Source: a bacterium
Lineage (GTDB): Bacteria > UBA8248
Reading direction: 5' to 3'
Length of the DNA: 64,000 bases
Assembly: GCA_030922375.1 (NCBI GenBank)
Contig: JAVEPB010000113.1
Coordinates: forward strand, 9,824-73,823
Shown here: one piece after another, positions 9,881-19,603 of the stretch
Numbering within the stretch: the stretch's first letter is position 1
Layout: each line of letters opens with the position of its first letter
Notes under the pieces: model-generated
The model's input: the letters and a program-made list of their open reading frames with translations, nothing else
Told to the model about the DNA's origin: nothing
Database searches by the model: none
Program-made: the position numbers and the translations under genes

Positions 9881-11137
9881 TTGAGAAAGCTTCACCGATA
9901 TATCCTGGGGGAGGTCTTTACCTACTTTTTTCTCTGCCTGTTACTTTTGACATTTCTTCTCCTGGTCAACCGCATGGTTCAGCTAACGGACCTGGTCATC
10001 AACAAGGGCGTTCCGGTAGCCACTGTCGGCCAGCTCCTGTTGACAATTCTCCCCGTGCTCATGCTTGTCACCCTTCCCATGGCCACACTCATCGCCTGCA
10101 TCCTCGCGTTCAGCCGCCTCTCCAACGACAGCGAGTTCGTCGCCATGACGGCCTCGGGGATGAGCCTCTACTCCCAGCTCATTCCCGTAGCGGCCCTGGG
10201 AATCCTTTCGGCGCTGGCAAGCGCCCTGCTGATGATGTTCGGCCTTCCCTGGAGCCACCAGGCGACTATCGATCTCCGTTATCAAATCCTGCAAAACCAG
10301 GCGTCGGCCTTCGAAATCCGAGAACAGGTGTTCAACGACACCTTCGACGGCCTTGTAATTTACGTCCGAAAATCATCACGGGAGAGCAAGGTTCTTCGCG
10401 GCATCCTGATCTCGGACTCGCGGGGCGGCCAAAACAAACAGGTCATCTTCGCCGAGCAGGGAATCGTCGTCAGGGACCCGATCGGAAAAAAAATGGTCCT
10501 TCGCCTTGTCCGCGGATCAACCCATCAAGTAAACGCCGTCACCGACTCCAAAAACAGCGCGGCCCGGAATTCGGGCGGCGGAGCCGCTCCCGACCCGCGC
10601 ACCTCGCTCAACGCGAATCAATACCAGGTGGTCCGTTTCGGAACCTACGACCTCAATCTCAACCTCACCCAGTCCCTCGGCGACGGCAAGGCGCTCCGGG
10701 TTCGGCTGCGCGGCCTCCCCGTCAGCGAACTGCGCAAAAAAATCGCCGCCGCAAAGCCAGGCACGATTCGCTACAACTCTTTTCTCGTTGAGATTCATAA
10801 GCGCTTCGCCACACCGTTCGCCTGCCTGGCGCTCGCCCTCCTGGGCGCGCCCCTTGGCGTCCAGAACCGGCGATCAGGCCGCCACGGCGGATTTGCTTTG
10901 AGTCTTATTGTTGTATTCGCCTACTACATGGTCTCGTCGTTTTCTGAGGGCTTGGGGGAAAATGGAACAATCCCGCCCCTCTTCTCCCAATGGGGGCCGA
11001 ATATTCTCCTGTTCGCCGTATCCGTCTGGGCCGTCCGGAGAGTGATTCGTGCGGGTGCGGTGGATATTTTCGGCTACTTGCTCAAATTCGCCGAGCGCCT
11101 TCCCGTTTCCGACTGGCTGAGTCCAAAATCGGCATGA
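9881..11137 (+). CDS. lptF: LPS export ABC permease LptF
   Basis: YjgP/YjgQ family. TTG at 9881 gives LRKLHRYILGEVFTYFFLCLLL, the canonical LptF/G N-terminus, with GGAG 8 nt upstream. The track ATG at 9833 would add 16 non-conserved residues. ATGA overlap with lptG. Confidence 0.85.
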   Translation: MRKLHRYILGEVFTYFFLCLLLLTFLLLVNRMVQLTDLVINKGVPVATVGQLLLTILPVLMLVTLPMATLIACILAFSRLSNDSEFVAMTASGMSLYSQLIPVAALGILSALASALLMMFGLPWSHQATIDLRYQILQNQASAFEIREQVFNDTFDGLVIYVRKSSRESKVLRGILISDSRGGQNKQVIFAEQGIVVRDPIGKKMVLRLVRGSTHQVNAVTDSKNSAARNSGGGAAPDPRTSLNANQYQVVRFGTYDLNLNLTQSLGDGKALRVRLRGLPVSELRKKIAAAKPGTIRYNSFLVEIHKRFATPFACLALALLGAPLGVQNRRSGRHGGFALSLIVVFAYYMVSSFSEGLGENGTIPPLFSQWGPNILLFAVSVWAVRRVIRAGAVDIFGYLLKFAERLPVSDWLSPKSA

Positions 11138-12222
11138 GTATCCTCAGCAGGTATATTCTAACCCAGTTTTTCCGCCTGGTCGGAATCTGCCAGGCCGGGG
11201 CCATCACTCTTTTTCTGTTGGCCGAATTCATCGAGCGTATCGACGACCTCATCGAAAAGAAAGCCGCCCTCACCGACGGCCTTCTTTTTTTCCTTTTCAG
11301 AATTCCACAACTCATCGTATTTTCAATCCCCCTCACTGTCCTGCTCGCCAGCGTCCTTTCCCTGCTCCTTCTTTCCCGGGGAAACGAAATAGTGGCGATG
11401 CGCGCCTGCGGCGCGAGTATTTACCGGCTGATCACGCCCATCCTCGCCGCCAGCCTCGGAATCGCGGCCCTGACCTTCCTGGGCAACGAATACATCGTCC
11501 CCGCATCGAATCAAAGGATGAACCATATCTGGCAGGTCCGTGTAAAAAAAATCGCGCCCCGCGGATACAATCGAACGAATAAAATCTGGTACCGCTCCGA
11601 GGACAACACCATCTGGCAGATCACCGTTTTCGACCCTTTCACGGACACCATGCGGGGCGTCACCCTCTACCGCCTCGACAAGGAAGATCGCCTTTTTCAG
11701 CGAATCGACGCAAAGTTGGTCAAGTGGATTCCCCATGTGAAGCGCTGGCGGTTCGACGACGGTTTGATCCACTATTTCAGGGGGAAAAACGAAATTCACC
11801 AGGATTCATTCACGGCAGAGCAATTCGATGTGAAGGAGGTTCCCGGAGACTTCAAGCAAACCGGAAAAAAACCCGAGGAAATGAGCTGGGCGGAGCTTCG
11901 CTCCTACATCGGAATCATGCAGACAAACGGGGTGGATACTTCCCGCTACGTCGTCGATCTGTGGGCGAAACTGTCCACGCCGTTTATTTGTTTTGTCCTT
12001 GCGCTGGTTGGGGTCCCGTTCTCGATCCGATCCGCCCGCAGCGGCGGAGTCGCTCTCGGAGTCGCCATTACGATCGCCATCGGAGCGGGGTACCTGATTC
12101 TATTTTATGTGGGCATTTCGCTGGGGCACGCGGGCCGGCTGCCGCCGTTCGCGGCCGCCTGGGGGCCGAATGCCGTATTTCTGGCGGGGGGGTCATACCT
12201 CCTCACCCATGTCCGCTCCTAG
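11134..12222 (+). CDS. lptG: LPS export ABC permease LptG
   Basis: MSILSRYILTQFFRL starts at ATG 11134. The track entry 10990.. is over-extended into lptF. YjgP/YjgQ family, about 362 aa. Confidence 0.85.
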   Translation: MSILSRYILTQFFRLVGICQAGAITLFLLAEFIERIDDLIEKKAALTDGLLFFLFRIPQLIVFSIPLTVLLASVLSLLLLSRGNEIVAMRACGASIYRLITPILAASLGIAALTFLGNEYIVPASNQRMNHIWQVRVKKIAPRGYNRTNKIWYRSEDNTIWQITVFDPFTDTMRGVTLYRLDKEDRLFQRIDAKLVKWIPHVKRWRFDDGLIHYFRGKNEIHQDSFTAEQFDVKEVPGDFKQTGKKPEEMSWAELRSYIGIMQTNGVDTSRYVVDLWAKLSTPFICFVLALVGVPFSIRSARSGGVALGVAITIAIGAGYLILFYVGISLGHAGRLPPFAAAWGPNAVFLAGGSYLLTHVRS

Positions 12223-13325
12223 CCCTGGCCTTCGCCGGCTTCGGGGCCGAGGCCGGCTGCCTCGAAAATAAGACGGGCCAGCTCGTCTCCGCCGTTCACT
12301 TTCATTTCGGCGCGAAGCACCCGGAAACGCTCATCGCCGGCCAGTGCGCCGAGCTTCACCGCGTCTTTTTCCGTCGTGACGGCGAAGTCCGCCCCGGTTT
12401 TTTCGATGGCGGCGGCGATACGCTCCAGCTCTTCTCCGCCGTATGCCGCGTGATCGGAAAAGACCAGACTCTCGAGAACCCGTGCACCCAGCGCGGCGAG
12501 CGACCGGGCAAATCCACCGGGATTCCCGATTCCGCTCACCGCCACCACGGCCGCGCCGCCGAGGTCCGCGGGCTCTCCCGCCGGCCCGCCGCCGAGGTCG
12601 AGCAGGGCCGAGGGCGTTAACATTCCCTCGAAAATTTTTGTATCCGGGGAAAGCGAGCGCAAACGCTCGTGAACCGCGAGGCCCCCGAGGCCCGTGAGCA
12701 GGATCGCATCGGCCCGGCGAAGCGCTCCCAGAGGCTCGCGCATCGCTCCGGCGGGGAAAACGCGGCCGTTTCCGAACGGGCGGTCCCCCCGGAGCACCAC
12801 CAGATCGAAACAACGCGGCAAAGCCAGGTGTTGAAACCCGTCATCGGCGACGATCGCCCCCGCGCCCAATTCCGCCGCGCGCCGCGCGGCAGCAGGGCGA
12901 TCCCGCCCGGTGACGACGGGCGAGCGAGGAAACATCCGCGCCAGCATCACCGCCTCATCCGAAGCGGGCGGCGACGAGAGGACCGCCCCCGCCCCGTCGC
13001 TCACCACGCACACCCCCCCCTCCGCTCCGCTGTAGCCCCGGCTGATGGCGGCGGGGGTGATTCCGGCCTCAATCAGCCGCGAGATGACCCAGGCCACGGC
13101 CGGGGTCTTGCCGGTTCCGCCGAGGGTGAGGTTGCCCACCGAGATTACAGGAGTGGACGGGGCTGCGGCCACGCCCAGGCCCGTTTCATAGAGCGTCCGT
13201 CGGAGACGCATGATATCCCCGTAGAGCCATCCAGCCGGAGCCAGGACCGCGAGCGCTCCACGGGCCCATAGCGGCGCGCCCGGGTCTCCCTCCAGGGCCT
13301 TGATGATGCTCCCCCGTCCACTCAC
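12219..13325 (-). CDS. lpxK: Tetraacyldisaccharide 4'-kinase
   Basis: P-loop VISVGNLTLGGTGKTPAVAWV. 368 aa. Overlaps the waaA stop by 4 nt. Confidence 0.9.
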   Translation of the reverse strand: MSGRGSIIKALEGDPGAPLWARGALAVLAPAGWLYGDIMRLRRTLYETGLGVAAAPSTPVISVGNLTLGGTGKTPAVAWVISRLIEAGITPAAISRGYSGAEGGVCVVSDGAGAVLSSPPASDEAVMLARMFPRSPVVTGRDRPAAARRAAELGAGAIVADDGFQHLALPRCFDLVVLRGDRPFGNGRVFPAGAMREPLGALRRADAILLTGLGGLAVHERLRSLSPDTKIFEGMLTPSALLDLGGGPAGEPADLGGAAVVAVSGIGNPGGFARSLAALGARVLESLVFSDHAAYGGEELERIAAAIEKTGADFAVTTEKDAVKLGALAGDERFRVLRAEMKVNGGDELARLIFEAAGLGPEAGEGQG

Positions 13326-14638
13326 GACTTCTCCTCGCCCGCGTCCCCGCCCCGGGAATCCAATACCCCGAGCAGAAATTCCGAAGTCCGCTCGGCGGCG
13401 CCACTATTTGCCGCCACCCACTCCATTGCCGAAGTGCTCGCCGCATCCCGCTTGGCCCTGTCGCTAAGCCAAGGAAGGAGCGCTCCGGCCAGCCCTTCGG
13501 CGCTCTCTACCCGGACGGCTCCTTCCACTCGCAGCAGATCGCCCGCCACCTCCGCGAAATTGTCCATGTGAGGGCCAAAGACAACGGGAACGCCCCACCG
13601 CGCGGCCTCGATGGGGTTTTGTCCCCCGTGCGGGATGAGAGAGCCACCGATGAACGCCGCCGTACCGCATGCGTAGGCCTCCGCCAACTCACCCATCCTG
13701 TCGAGAAGAACAACCTGCCCGCCGCCGCCTCCGCTCCTGCTGGCGATTTCGCTCCATCTAACCGGGTCGAGCCCGCCCCGCCGAAGCTCGGCCTCGGCCT
13801 CCTCCAGACGCGGCAAATGGCGCGGTGCGATCAACACGCCCAGGCGCTCGAACCGCTCTCTAAGGGCATGAATCGCGCCGGTCAATCCAGTCATTTCTCC
13901 CGGATGGGTGCTTCCGGCGACGATGATCGGGTCCGCTCCGGCGAGGCCGAAATTTTTCTTCAAATCCTCCGTGCTCCCGCCCAACCGCGGCGCCGGCGCG
14001 TCGAATTTGATGTTCCCGGCCGCGAACACCCCCGGCGCCCCCAGCGAGCGGTAGCGCTTGGCGTCTGCCTCCCCGCGCGCCGCGACCCCGGCCAGTTTCT
14101 TCAGAACCGGGGCGAAAAGAAAACGCAGCCGGGTATAACCCCGGAGGGACTTTTCGGAAAGCCGCCCGTTGATCACACATACCGGCAGGCCACAGCGCGC
14201 GGCTTCCCACATCAGATTGGGCCAAAGCTCGGTTTCGATAATGGCGATTCCGCCGGGCCCGATTCGCCGGAAAGCGCTCCGCACCGTGTGAGGATAGTCA
14301 AAGGGAAGGTAGAAAACATGCTCCACGCCATCGATTTTCCCGGCTTCCTCGCGGCCGGTTTCGGTGACCGTTGAAAGGACGATGCGAAGCCCGGGGCGCT
14401 TCTTCAGGAGCTCGGGAACAAGCGCGGCGGCGACGCCGACCTCGCCCACCGAGACCGCATGCAGCCAGACCCTGCCTCCCTCGCCCGCCGGGGGCAGACG
14501 GCGCACGAGGCCCAGACGCTCTCTCATACCGCTCAGCGAGTGGCCGCGCGTCCAGGCGTGAACGACGTAATAAACAGCGATAAAGGGGGAGCCAAGGTAA
14601 ATCGCCGCATTGTAGAGAACGAGGACCAGGGCGTCCAT
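13322..14638 (-). CDS. waaA: 3-deoxy-D-manno-octulosonic acid (Kdo) transferase
   Basis: VWLHAVSVGEVGVAA matches the conserved WaaA/KdtA motif. GT30 length of 438 aa. Confidence 0.9.
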   Translation of the reverse strand: MDALVLVLYNAAIYLGSPFIAVYYVVHAWTRGHSLSGMRERLGLVRRLPPAGEGGRVWLHAVSVGEVGVAAALVPELLKKRPGLRIVLSTVTETGREEAGKIDGVEHVFYLPFDYPHTVRSAFRRIGPGGIAIIETELWPNLMWEAARCGLPVCVINGRLSEKSLRGYTRLRFLFAPVLKKLAGVAARGEADAKRYRSLGAPGVFAAGNIKFDAPAPRLGGSTEDLKKNFGLAGADPIIVAGSTHPGEMTGLTGAIHALRERFERLGVLIAPRHLPRLEEAEAELRRGGLDPVRWSEIASRSGGGGGQVVLLDRMGELAEAYACGTAAFIGGSLIPHGGQNPIEAARWGVPVVFGPHMDNFAEVAGDLLRVEGAVRVESAEGLAGALLPWLSDRAKRDAASTSAMEWVAANSGAAERTSEFLLGVLDSRGGDAGEEKS

Positions 14639-15375
14639 TATTCCTCGCCGGGCCGGATGGAGGCCCGGGCCGCCTCGTTCGCCGCCAGAATGCGGAGTTC
14701 AAGCTCCCTGCGGTGGATTTCGAGCGCCGCGTCGTCAATCGAGGGTGGTACCCTCAGCGGTTCCCCGTAGGAAACAATAACCTTCGAAAACGGAAGCGGA
14801 ATGATCGTCTTGTCCCAGGTCGGAAGGCGGGCGCAACGGGAAGCGGCGAAACCCGCCGGATAAATCGGCAGGCCCGTCAGCGCGCCAAGATAAATCACCC
14901 CCGGCTTGACCTTCTCCGGCGGTCCGTTCGATCCGTCCGGCGTGAAGATCGGAAAAACCCCCTCCCCCGCCAGACGGGCCAGTTGCCGCAGGGCCGAGGC
15001 GCCGCCCTTGTTTCGCCCGTCCATCTTTCCAGAGGAGCCCCGAACGCTCCGGCCCCCGAGATGGGCCATGACGCGGGCGAGAAGCTCCCCGTCCGAACTC
15101 CGGCTGACGAGGCACACCCAGGGAAACCCATAAGAAAAATGAGGAGCGATTCCAACATGGCGATGCCAGAAAGCGCCAATACACACCCCTCTGGGAGCAT
15201 CGCGGAGGCCTTCGTGAATCTCGGGTTGAAGGGGAACCGCCCTGACGGTGGCGTAAATAGCCCGCAACAGGCCCGCGATGCCGGCCGCCCCGAAGCGGGT
15301 GAGAAACGGCGCACGAGGATCGCACCCCCGGTCATCATACGGCGATGAGTCCGGAGTCCTCTCTCCTTCGTTCAC
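14638..15375 (-). CDS. lpxJ: DUF374 / LpxJ-like lipid A secondary acyltransferase (LPLAT superfamily)
   Basis: 245-aa DUF374-type sequence (...LVSRSSDGELLARVMAHLGGRSVRGSS...IFTPDGSNGPPEKVKPGVIYLG). Wedged between waaA and lpxB with 1-nt and 4-nt overlaps. Confidence 0.65.
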   Translation of the reverse strand: MNEGERTPDSSPYDDRGCDPRAPFLTRFGAAGIAGLLRAIYATVRAVPLQPEIHEGLRDAPRGVCIGAFWHRHVGIAPHFSYGFPWVCLVSRSSDGELLARVMAHLGGRSVRGSSGKMDGRNKGGASALRQLARLAGEGVFPIFTPDGSNGPPEKVKPGVIYLGALTGLPIYPAGFAASRCARLPTWDKTIIPLPFSKVIVSYGEPLRVPPSIDDAALEIHRRELELRILAANEAARASIRPGEE

Positions 15376-16532
15376 GAAGCGCCCTCCAACACCCGAAGAA
15401 TTTCCGAGGCCCCGCGCTCATAGGGATCGGGGCCTCCGAGCGATTCGCGAATTTCTCCAAACGCGCGGATTTGACTCTCCCGCGCGGCGGGATCGGCCAG
15501 CAACGGGGCCAGCGCGGCGGCGATTCGCTCTCCCCTGACCTGCCTCTGATAGAGTTCCGGGACAACTTCCCGGCCCGCGAGGAGATTGACGAGACTGATG
15601 TAATCCACCTGCAGCAAAAAGTATTTCGTCAGCATATAGGTGAAAAAATCGCCCACATAACAAACGCTCATCGGCGTACCGAGGAGACCGCACTCGAGCG
15701 TTGCCGTTCCGCTGGCGACCGCGGCGGCGTCCGCCGCCCGGATAATCTCATGCTGGTGACCCCGGACGACACGGACACCGCCGCCGCCCGAATGAAGGCG
15801 GCTCCGGACGGCTCCCTCGGGAAGCGCCTCGGCTTCCGAGACGAGAAAGAGGGCGCCCGGGAACTTCTCGCTCAGCGGACCGGCGGAATCGATCATCGGA
15901 CCGAGAAGGCGCTCAATCTCCCGGCGGCGGCTCCCCGGCAGAAAAGCCACCACACGCGCATCACCGGGAATCCCAAGAGAAGCGCGCGCCGCCTCCCTCG
16001 AGGGAGCTTCCTGAAGCGCGAAAGCCACCGGATTCCCGATAAATTCCGCCGCCCCGCCCTCCTGGCGAAAAAGACCCGGCTCGAAGGGGTATATCGTCAA
16101 GATCAAATCGAAGATTTCAGCGATGGTTCGGGCGCGCCCGCCGCGCCAGGCCCACACCTGAGGCGTAATAAAATAAATTAACCGGGGAGGACGGGGCAGT
16201 TTTCCGAGTGATTTGGCGAGGGAGAGATTGAAGCCGGGGTAGTCCACCAGGACGACGGCATCGGGGCGCTCCTCCCGGACCCGGGCGATCAGATCGCGCT
16301 TGATGCGGTAAAGCGCCGGAAGGACCCTGGGGACATCCCCGAATCCAATCACATCCAACGGACCGGAATCGTGGATAATCTCGGCGCCCGCCCCGCGCAT
16401 CTCCTCCCCGCCCATGCCGAAAGCGCTGACGCCGGGGATCACAAGCGACATGGCCCGGATAAGTCTGGCCGCGTGAAGATCGCCCGATGGTTCTCCGGCG
16501 ACGATCATCAGCCGGGGATTGCCGGTGATCAT
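15372..16532 (-). CDS. lpxB: Lipid-A-disaccharide synthase
   Basis: N-terminus LMIVAGEPSGDLHAARLIRAM resembles E. coli LpxB (IVAGETSGD). 386 aa. Confidence 0.9.
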   Translation of the reverse strand: MITGNPRLMIVAGEPSGDLHAARLIRAMSLVIPGVSAFGMGGEEMRGAGAEIIHDSGPLDVIGFGDVPRVLPALYRIKRDLIARVREERPDAVVLVDYPGFNLSLAKSLGKLPRPPRLIYFITPQVWAWRGGRARTIAEIFDLILTIYPFEPGLFRQEGGAAEFIGNPVAFALQEAPSREAARASLGIPGDARVVAFLPGSRRREIERLLGPMIDSAGPLSEKFPGALFLVSEAEALPEGAVRSRLHSGGGGVRVVRGHQHEIIRAADAAAVASGTATLECGLLGTPMSVCYVGDFFTYMLTKYFLLQVDYISLVNLLAGREVVPELYQRQVRGERIAAALAPLLADPAARESQIRAFGEIRESLGGPDPYERGASEILRVLEGAS

Positions 16533-17359
16533 TTTTCCTCGTCGCTACGCCACCCCGCCAGTATAATACCGGCGGCGTCGGCGTCCCTGACAAGCGTATC
16601 CTTGTCGACCAAAAAGGTGGCGCCCGCCTCGACGATCAGGGCCGAGGCGCCTCCTTCACGCGCGGCCTGGAGGGTTCCGGGACCCACGGTCGGGATGTCG
16701 TAGCGCGGGTCCTGATCAGGGCGTGCAACCTTGCACACGATGGCCCCTTTTCCCGCGAGGGCGCACCCGCGCCGGATGGTCTCGTCGGTCCCCTCGATGG
16801 CCTCGACCGCGATGACGGCGCCTTTTTTCACAACGATCGTCTGGCCAATATCAAGACGGGCCACCTCGCGCGCCATCCGGAAGGCGTAGCGAACTTCGTC
16901 AAGATTGGAATTGTTCAGCTTTTTTCTACCTAGCGGTCCTTCGGGTGCGAGTAGGTGGCCGAGAAACTCGGCCTGGGGAATTATTTCAAGATCGTTTTTT
17001 TCGGCGAACTCGATTATGGCATCCATGATGGTCACATCCGCCATATTCTTGGCCCGGTAGATAAAACGAAGCGCTTCGAGATCGAACTTAAGCCCCTGGA
17101 AGAGTAGGTTTTTCTCCACCTTGCCCGCGAAACCGACGCGGCGGACTCCCTCGGATTTGAAAAAAGCGAGAATCTTCTTCGGCTGGGCGGGAGAAACCTG
17201 AATGGTGGAGGTGACGAGATTCTCGGGAAATTCACACGCATCGGACGAAAGAGCCACCGCAACGATTTCGTATCCATTTTCCCGGGCTCCGCGGGCGAAT
17301 TCAACCGCGAGGGAACCGGTTCCGGCGATGAGGCCAATCCGCTCTCGGGGGCTGGACAT
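16529..17359 (-). CDS. lpxI: UDP-2,3-diacylglucosamine hydrolase LpxI (DUF1009)
   Basis: IGLIAGTGSLAVEFARGARENGYEIVAV... plus the C-terminal DIPTVGPGTLQAAREGGASALIVEAG are typical of DUF1009/LpxI. Position between lpxA and lpxB matches Caulobacter-type clusters. Confidence 0.8.
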   Translation of the reverse strand: MSSPRERIGLIAGTGSLAVEFARGARENGYEIVAVALSSDACEFPENLVTSTIQVSPAQPKKILAFFKSEGVRRVGFAGKVEKNLLFQGLKFDLEALRFIYRAKNMADVTIMDAIIEFAEKNDLEIIPQAEFLGHLLAPEGPLGRKKLNNSNLDEVRYAFRMAREVARLDIGQTIVVKKGAVIAVEAIEGTDETIRRGCALAGKGAIVCKVARPDQDPRYDIPTVGPGTLQAAREGGASALIVEAGATFLVDKDTLVRDADAAGIILAGWRSDEEK

Positions 17360-17371
17360 CCTCGGATGAGA

Positions 17372-18340
17372 TCAAATAGAGGCTGGAGCGGGCACGTCGA
17401 GCATCTGGAGAACACGGAGCGCCACATCCAGGGACCGCAGCTCTCTCTCGGTGTTCTCGATCACTTCGCCCTTCTCGGCGGCCGCCAGAAAATTCCTGAG
17501 TTCCAGCTTCAGGGGATTGTCCTTGTGAACGAAAAGACGCTCCACCTGGGCTTGCTCGCTGTACTTCAGCTCTTCGCGGGAGAGGCTTCGTTCGCTGGAG
17601 GCTTGCCGATGAATCCGAAGCTCCTGATCGGCATAATCGAGCCGAATGAAGGCATCGGGCTGAGAGATGGAAAGCTGGCGAATCTTGTGTTGAGTGACTC
17701 GGCTGGCGGTGAGGCTGGCGATGCACCCGCCGGAGAACTGAAGCTGGACGTTGGCCACATCGTCGCGTTCGCTCACGGCAATGGCGCCGGCCGCCGAAAG
17801 AGACACCACTTCCTCGTCGACCAGCCGGAGAATGATATCCAGGTCGTGAATCATCAGATCGAGGATGACGCCGTCGTTTCTGGCACGCGAAACGTAAGGC
17901 CCAAGCCGCCGGCACTCGATCAACATCGGCTCCCGGACTATCTTGCTAAGTTCCTGAACCGCTCCGTTGAAGCGCTCTACGTGACCGATATGAAGGACAC
18001 ACTTTTTTTCGAAGGCGACTTTGAACAGATCGCGGGCTTCCTCGACACTGTTGCAAATGGGTTTTTCGACGAGAACGTGAATCCCGTTTTCAAGGAACAT
18101 TCTGGAGACATTGTAATGGTATGCAGTGGGAACGGCGACGACGACCGCATCGACTTTGCCGACAAGCTCCTCGGCGCTGGAATAGGATTCAGCGCCGAAC
18201 TTATCGGCCAACTCGCGAACGCGGGTCTGATCGAGATCCGCCAAGGCGGCGAGGTTGGTGTCCACCAACTCTCCCAGCGCGGCGACATGGTAACTCCCCA
18301 TGTGGCCGACTCCGGCCACTCCTACACGCAACACACCCAT
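17372..18340 (-). CDS. Gfo/Idh/MocA-family NAD(P) oxidoreductase (possible GnnA-like UDP-GlcNAc 3-dehydrogenase)
   Basis: MGVLRVGVAGVGHMGSYH Rossmann start at ATG 18340. The track start at 18400 would run into lpxA. Located directly downstream of lpxA. Confidence 0.75.
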   Translation of the reverse strand: MGVLRVGVAGVGHMGSYHVAALGELVDTNLAALADLDQTRVRELADKFGAESYSSAEELVGKVDAVVVAVPTAYHYNVSRMFLENGIHVLVEKPICNSVEEARDLFKVAFEKKCVLHIGHVERFNGAVQELSKIVREPMLIECRRLGPYVSRARNDGVILDLMIHDLDIILRLVDEEVVSLSAAGAIAVSERDDVANVQLQFSGGCIASLTASRVTQHKIRQLSISQPDAFIRLDYADQELRIHRQASSERSLSREELKYSEQAQVERLFVHKDNPLKLELRNFLAAAEKGEVIENTERELRSLDVALRVLQMLDVPAPASI

Positions 18341-18377
18341 CCGGCATCTCTCTTTTTCGGGCGATACTCGGCGGACA

Positions 18378-19160
18378 CTACACCCCGCCCCGGTAAACAC
18401 CTCTTTCTGAAACCTGAAGAAAGTCTACCACGGTTTTGATCTCGCGTCCCACAGGCAACTCGGCCTCGATTTTCCCGATGGCCTCCTCCACCGTTTTCGA
18501 CTCCTGGAAAAGGATTCGGTAGGCCCGCTTGAGGTGGCCGCGGACCTCGGCTGGCACCCCCATCCGCCTGAGACCAATGGAATTGAGCCCCCGCACCTCG
18601 GGAGGATTCCCGTCGGTTTTCGTAAAAGGGAGTACATCCTTCCTAACGGCGGTCGGTCCGACCAAGATCACCCCGTCCCCGATACGGACAAATTGGTGAA
18701 TCGCGGTAAATCCCGTGATGAAAACGTCGCTGCCTATTTCGATGTGGCCGCTCAAGGCCGTCGAATTGGTCAAAATCACCCTGTCGCCCAGCAAGCAATC
18801 GTGCGCGACATGAGACTGGATCATCAGGTAGCAGTTCTCGCCAACCCGGGTGACGCCGCCCTCCTTGAACGAGCGATTGATAGTGGCCCCCTCGCGAACC
18901 ACCGTATTGGCCCCGACCTCGACACGGCCGCCCTCGCCCTCGAGAGCGATATACTGCGCCTCGGCGCCGATGATCGCACCGGGAAAAATCCTGCAGCCGG
19001 GTCCGATCTCGGCCGGCCCCTCAATGACCGCATGGGCGCCCACCTGGCAACCGCCCCCCAGCCGGACGTCTGCGCCGATTACGGCTCCGTGGCCGACGCT
19101 GACCCCCTCGCCGACAGATGCGCCAGAGTCGATCGAGGCGGACGGGTGAAGTTCACTCAC
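18378..19160 (-). CDS. lpxA: Acyl-ACP:UDP-GlcNAc O-acyltransferase
   Basis: Left-handed beta-helix hexapeptide repeats from the N-terminus (HPSASIDSGASVGEGVSVGHGAVIGADV...). 260 aa. fabZ-lpxA order. Confidence 0.9.
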   Translation of the reverse strand: MSELHPSASIDSGASVGEGVSVGHGAVIGADVRLGGGCQVGAHAVIEGPAEIGPGCRIFPGAIIGAEAQYIALEGEGGRVEVGANTVVREGATINRSFKEGGVTRVGENCYLMIQSHVAHDCLLGDRVILTNSTALSGHIEIGSDVFITGFTAIHQFVRIGDGVILVGPTAVRKDVLPFTKTDGNPPEVRGLNSIGLRRMGVPAEVRGHLKRAYRILFQESKTVEEAIGKIEAELPVGREIKTVVDFLQVSERGVYRGGV

Positions 19161-19603
19161 GATGAATTTTGAGGCGCTGTGACATAGGCGGTAAGCACGG
19201 CTTCAACGGCCGCTTCCCCATCCACTGTTATGCTGCTTCCCACTTTCCAGAGAGGCCCCCGCTGGCGAAGCAGTTTCACCTCGATACGAAGCTGATCGCC
19301 AGGAACAACTGCCCGGCGGAATTTCGCCTGCTCGATTCCGGCAAAAAGGAAATCGGAGTCGGGATCGGCCTGATTACCCCCGAATATGCAAAGCAAAGCC
19401 GCCTGAGCCATCGCCTCGATCATCAAAACGCCGGGCATGACGGGCCTATCCGGAAAGTGTCCCGTAAAAAAAGGCTCGTTATGCGAAACATTTTTTATGG
19501 CGACCAGCGAAACGGCCTCGGTATCGAGCTCAAGCACCCGGTCGATGAGCAGCATCGGGAATCGATGCGGGAGCAGCCGGAGTATATCTTCCGTGGTCAA
19601 CAA
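19157..19603 (-). CDS. fabZ: 3-hydroxyacyl-ACP dehydratase
   Basis: LPHRFPMLLIDRV ... FTGHFPDRPVMPGVLMIEAMAQ is the FabZ hot-dog signature. Confidence 0.92.
   Translation of the reverse strand: MLTTEDILRLLPHRFPMLLIDRVLELDTEAVSLVAIKNVSHNEPFFTGHFPDRPVMPGVLMIEAMAQAALLCIFGGNQADPDSDFLFAGIEQAKFRRAVVPGDQLRIEVKLLRQRGPLWKVGSSITVDGEAAVEAVLTAYVTAPQNSS

Noticed and set aside
9751-10791. 346-aa alternate-frame ORF overlapping lptF
   Set aside because: R/P-rich alternate frame. The lptF frame has the expected TM topology and conserved start.
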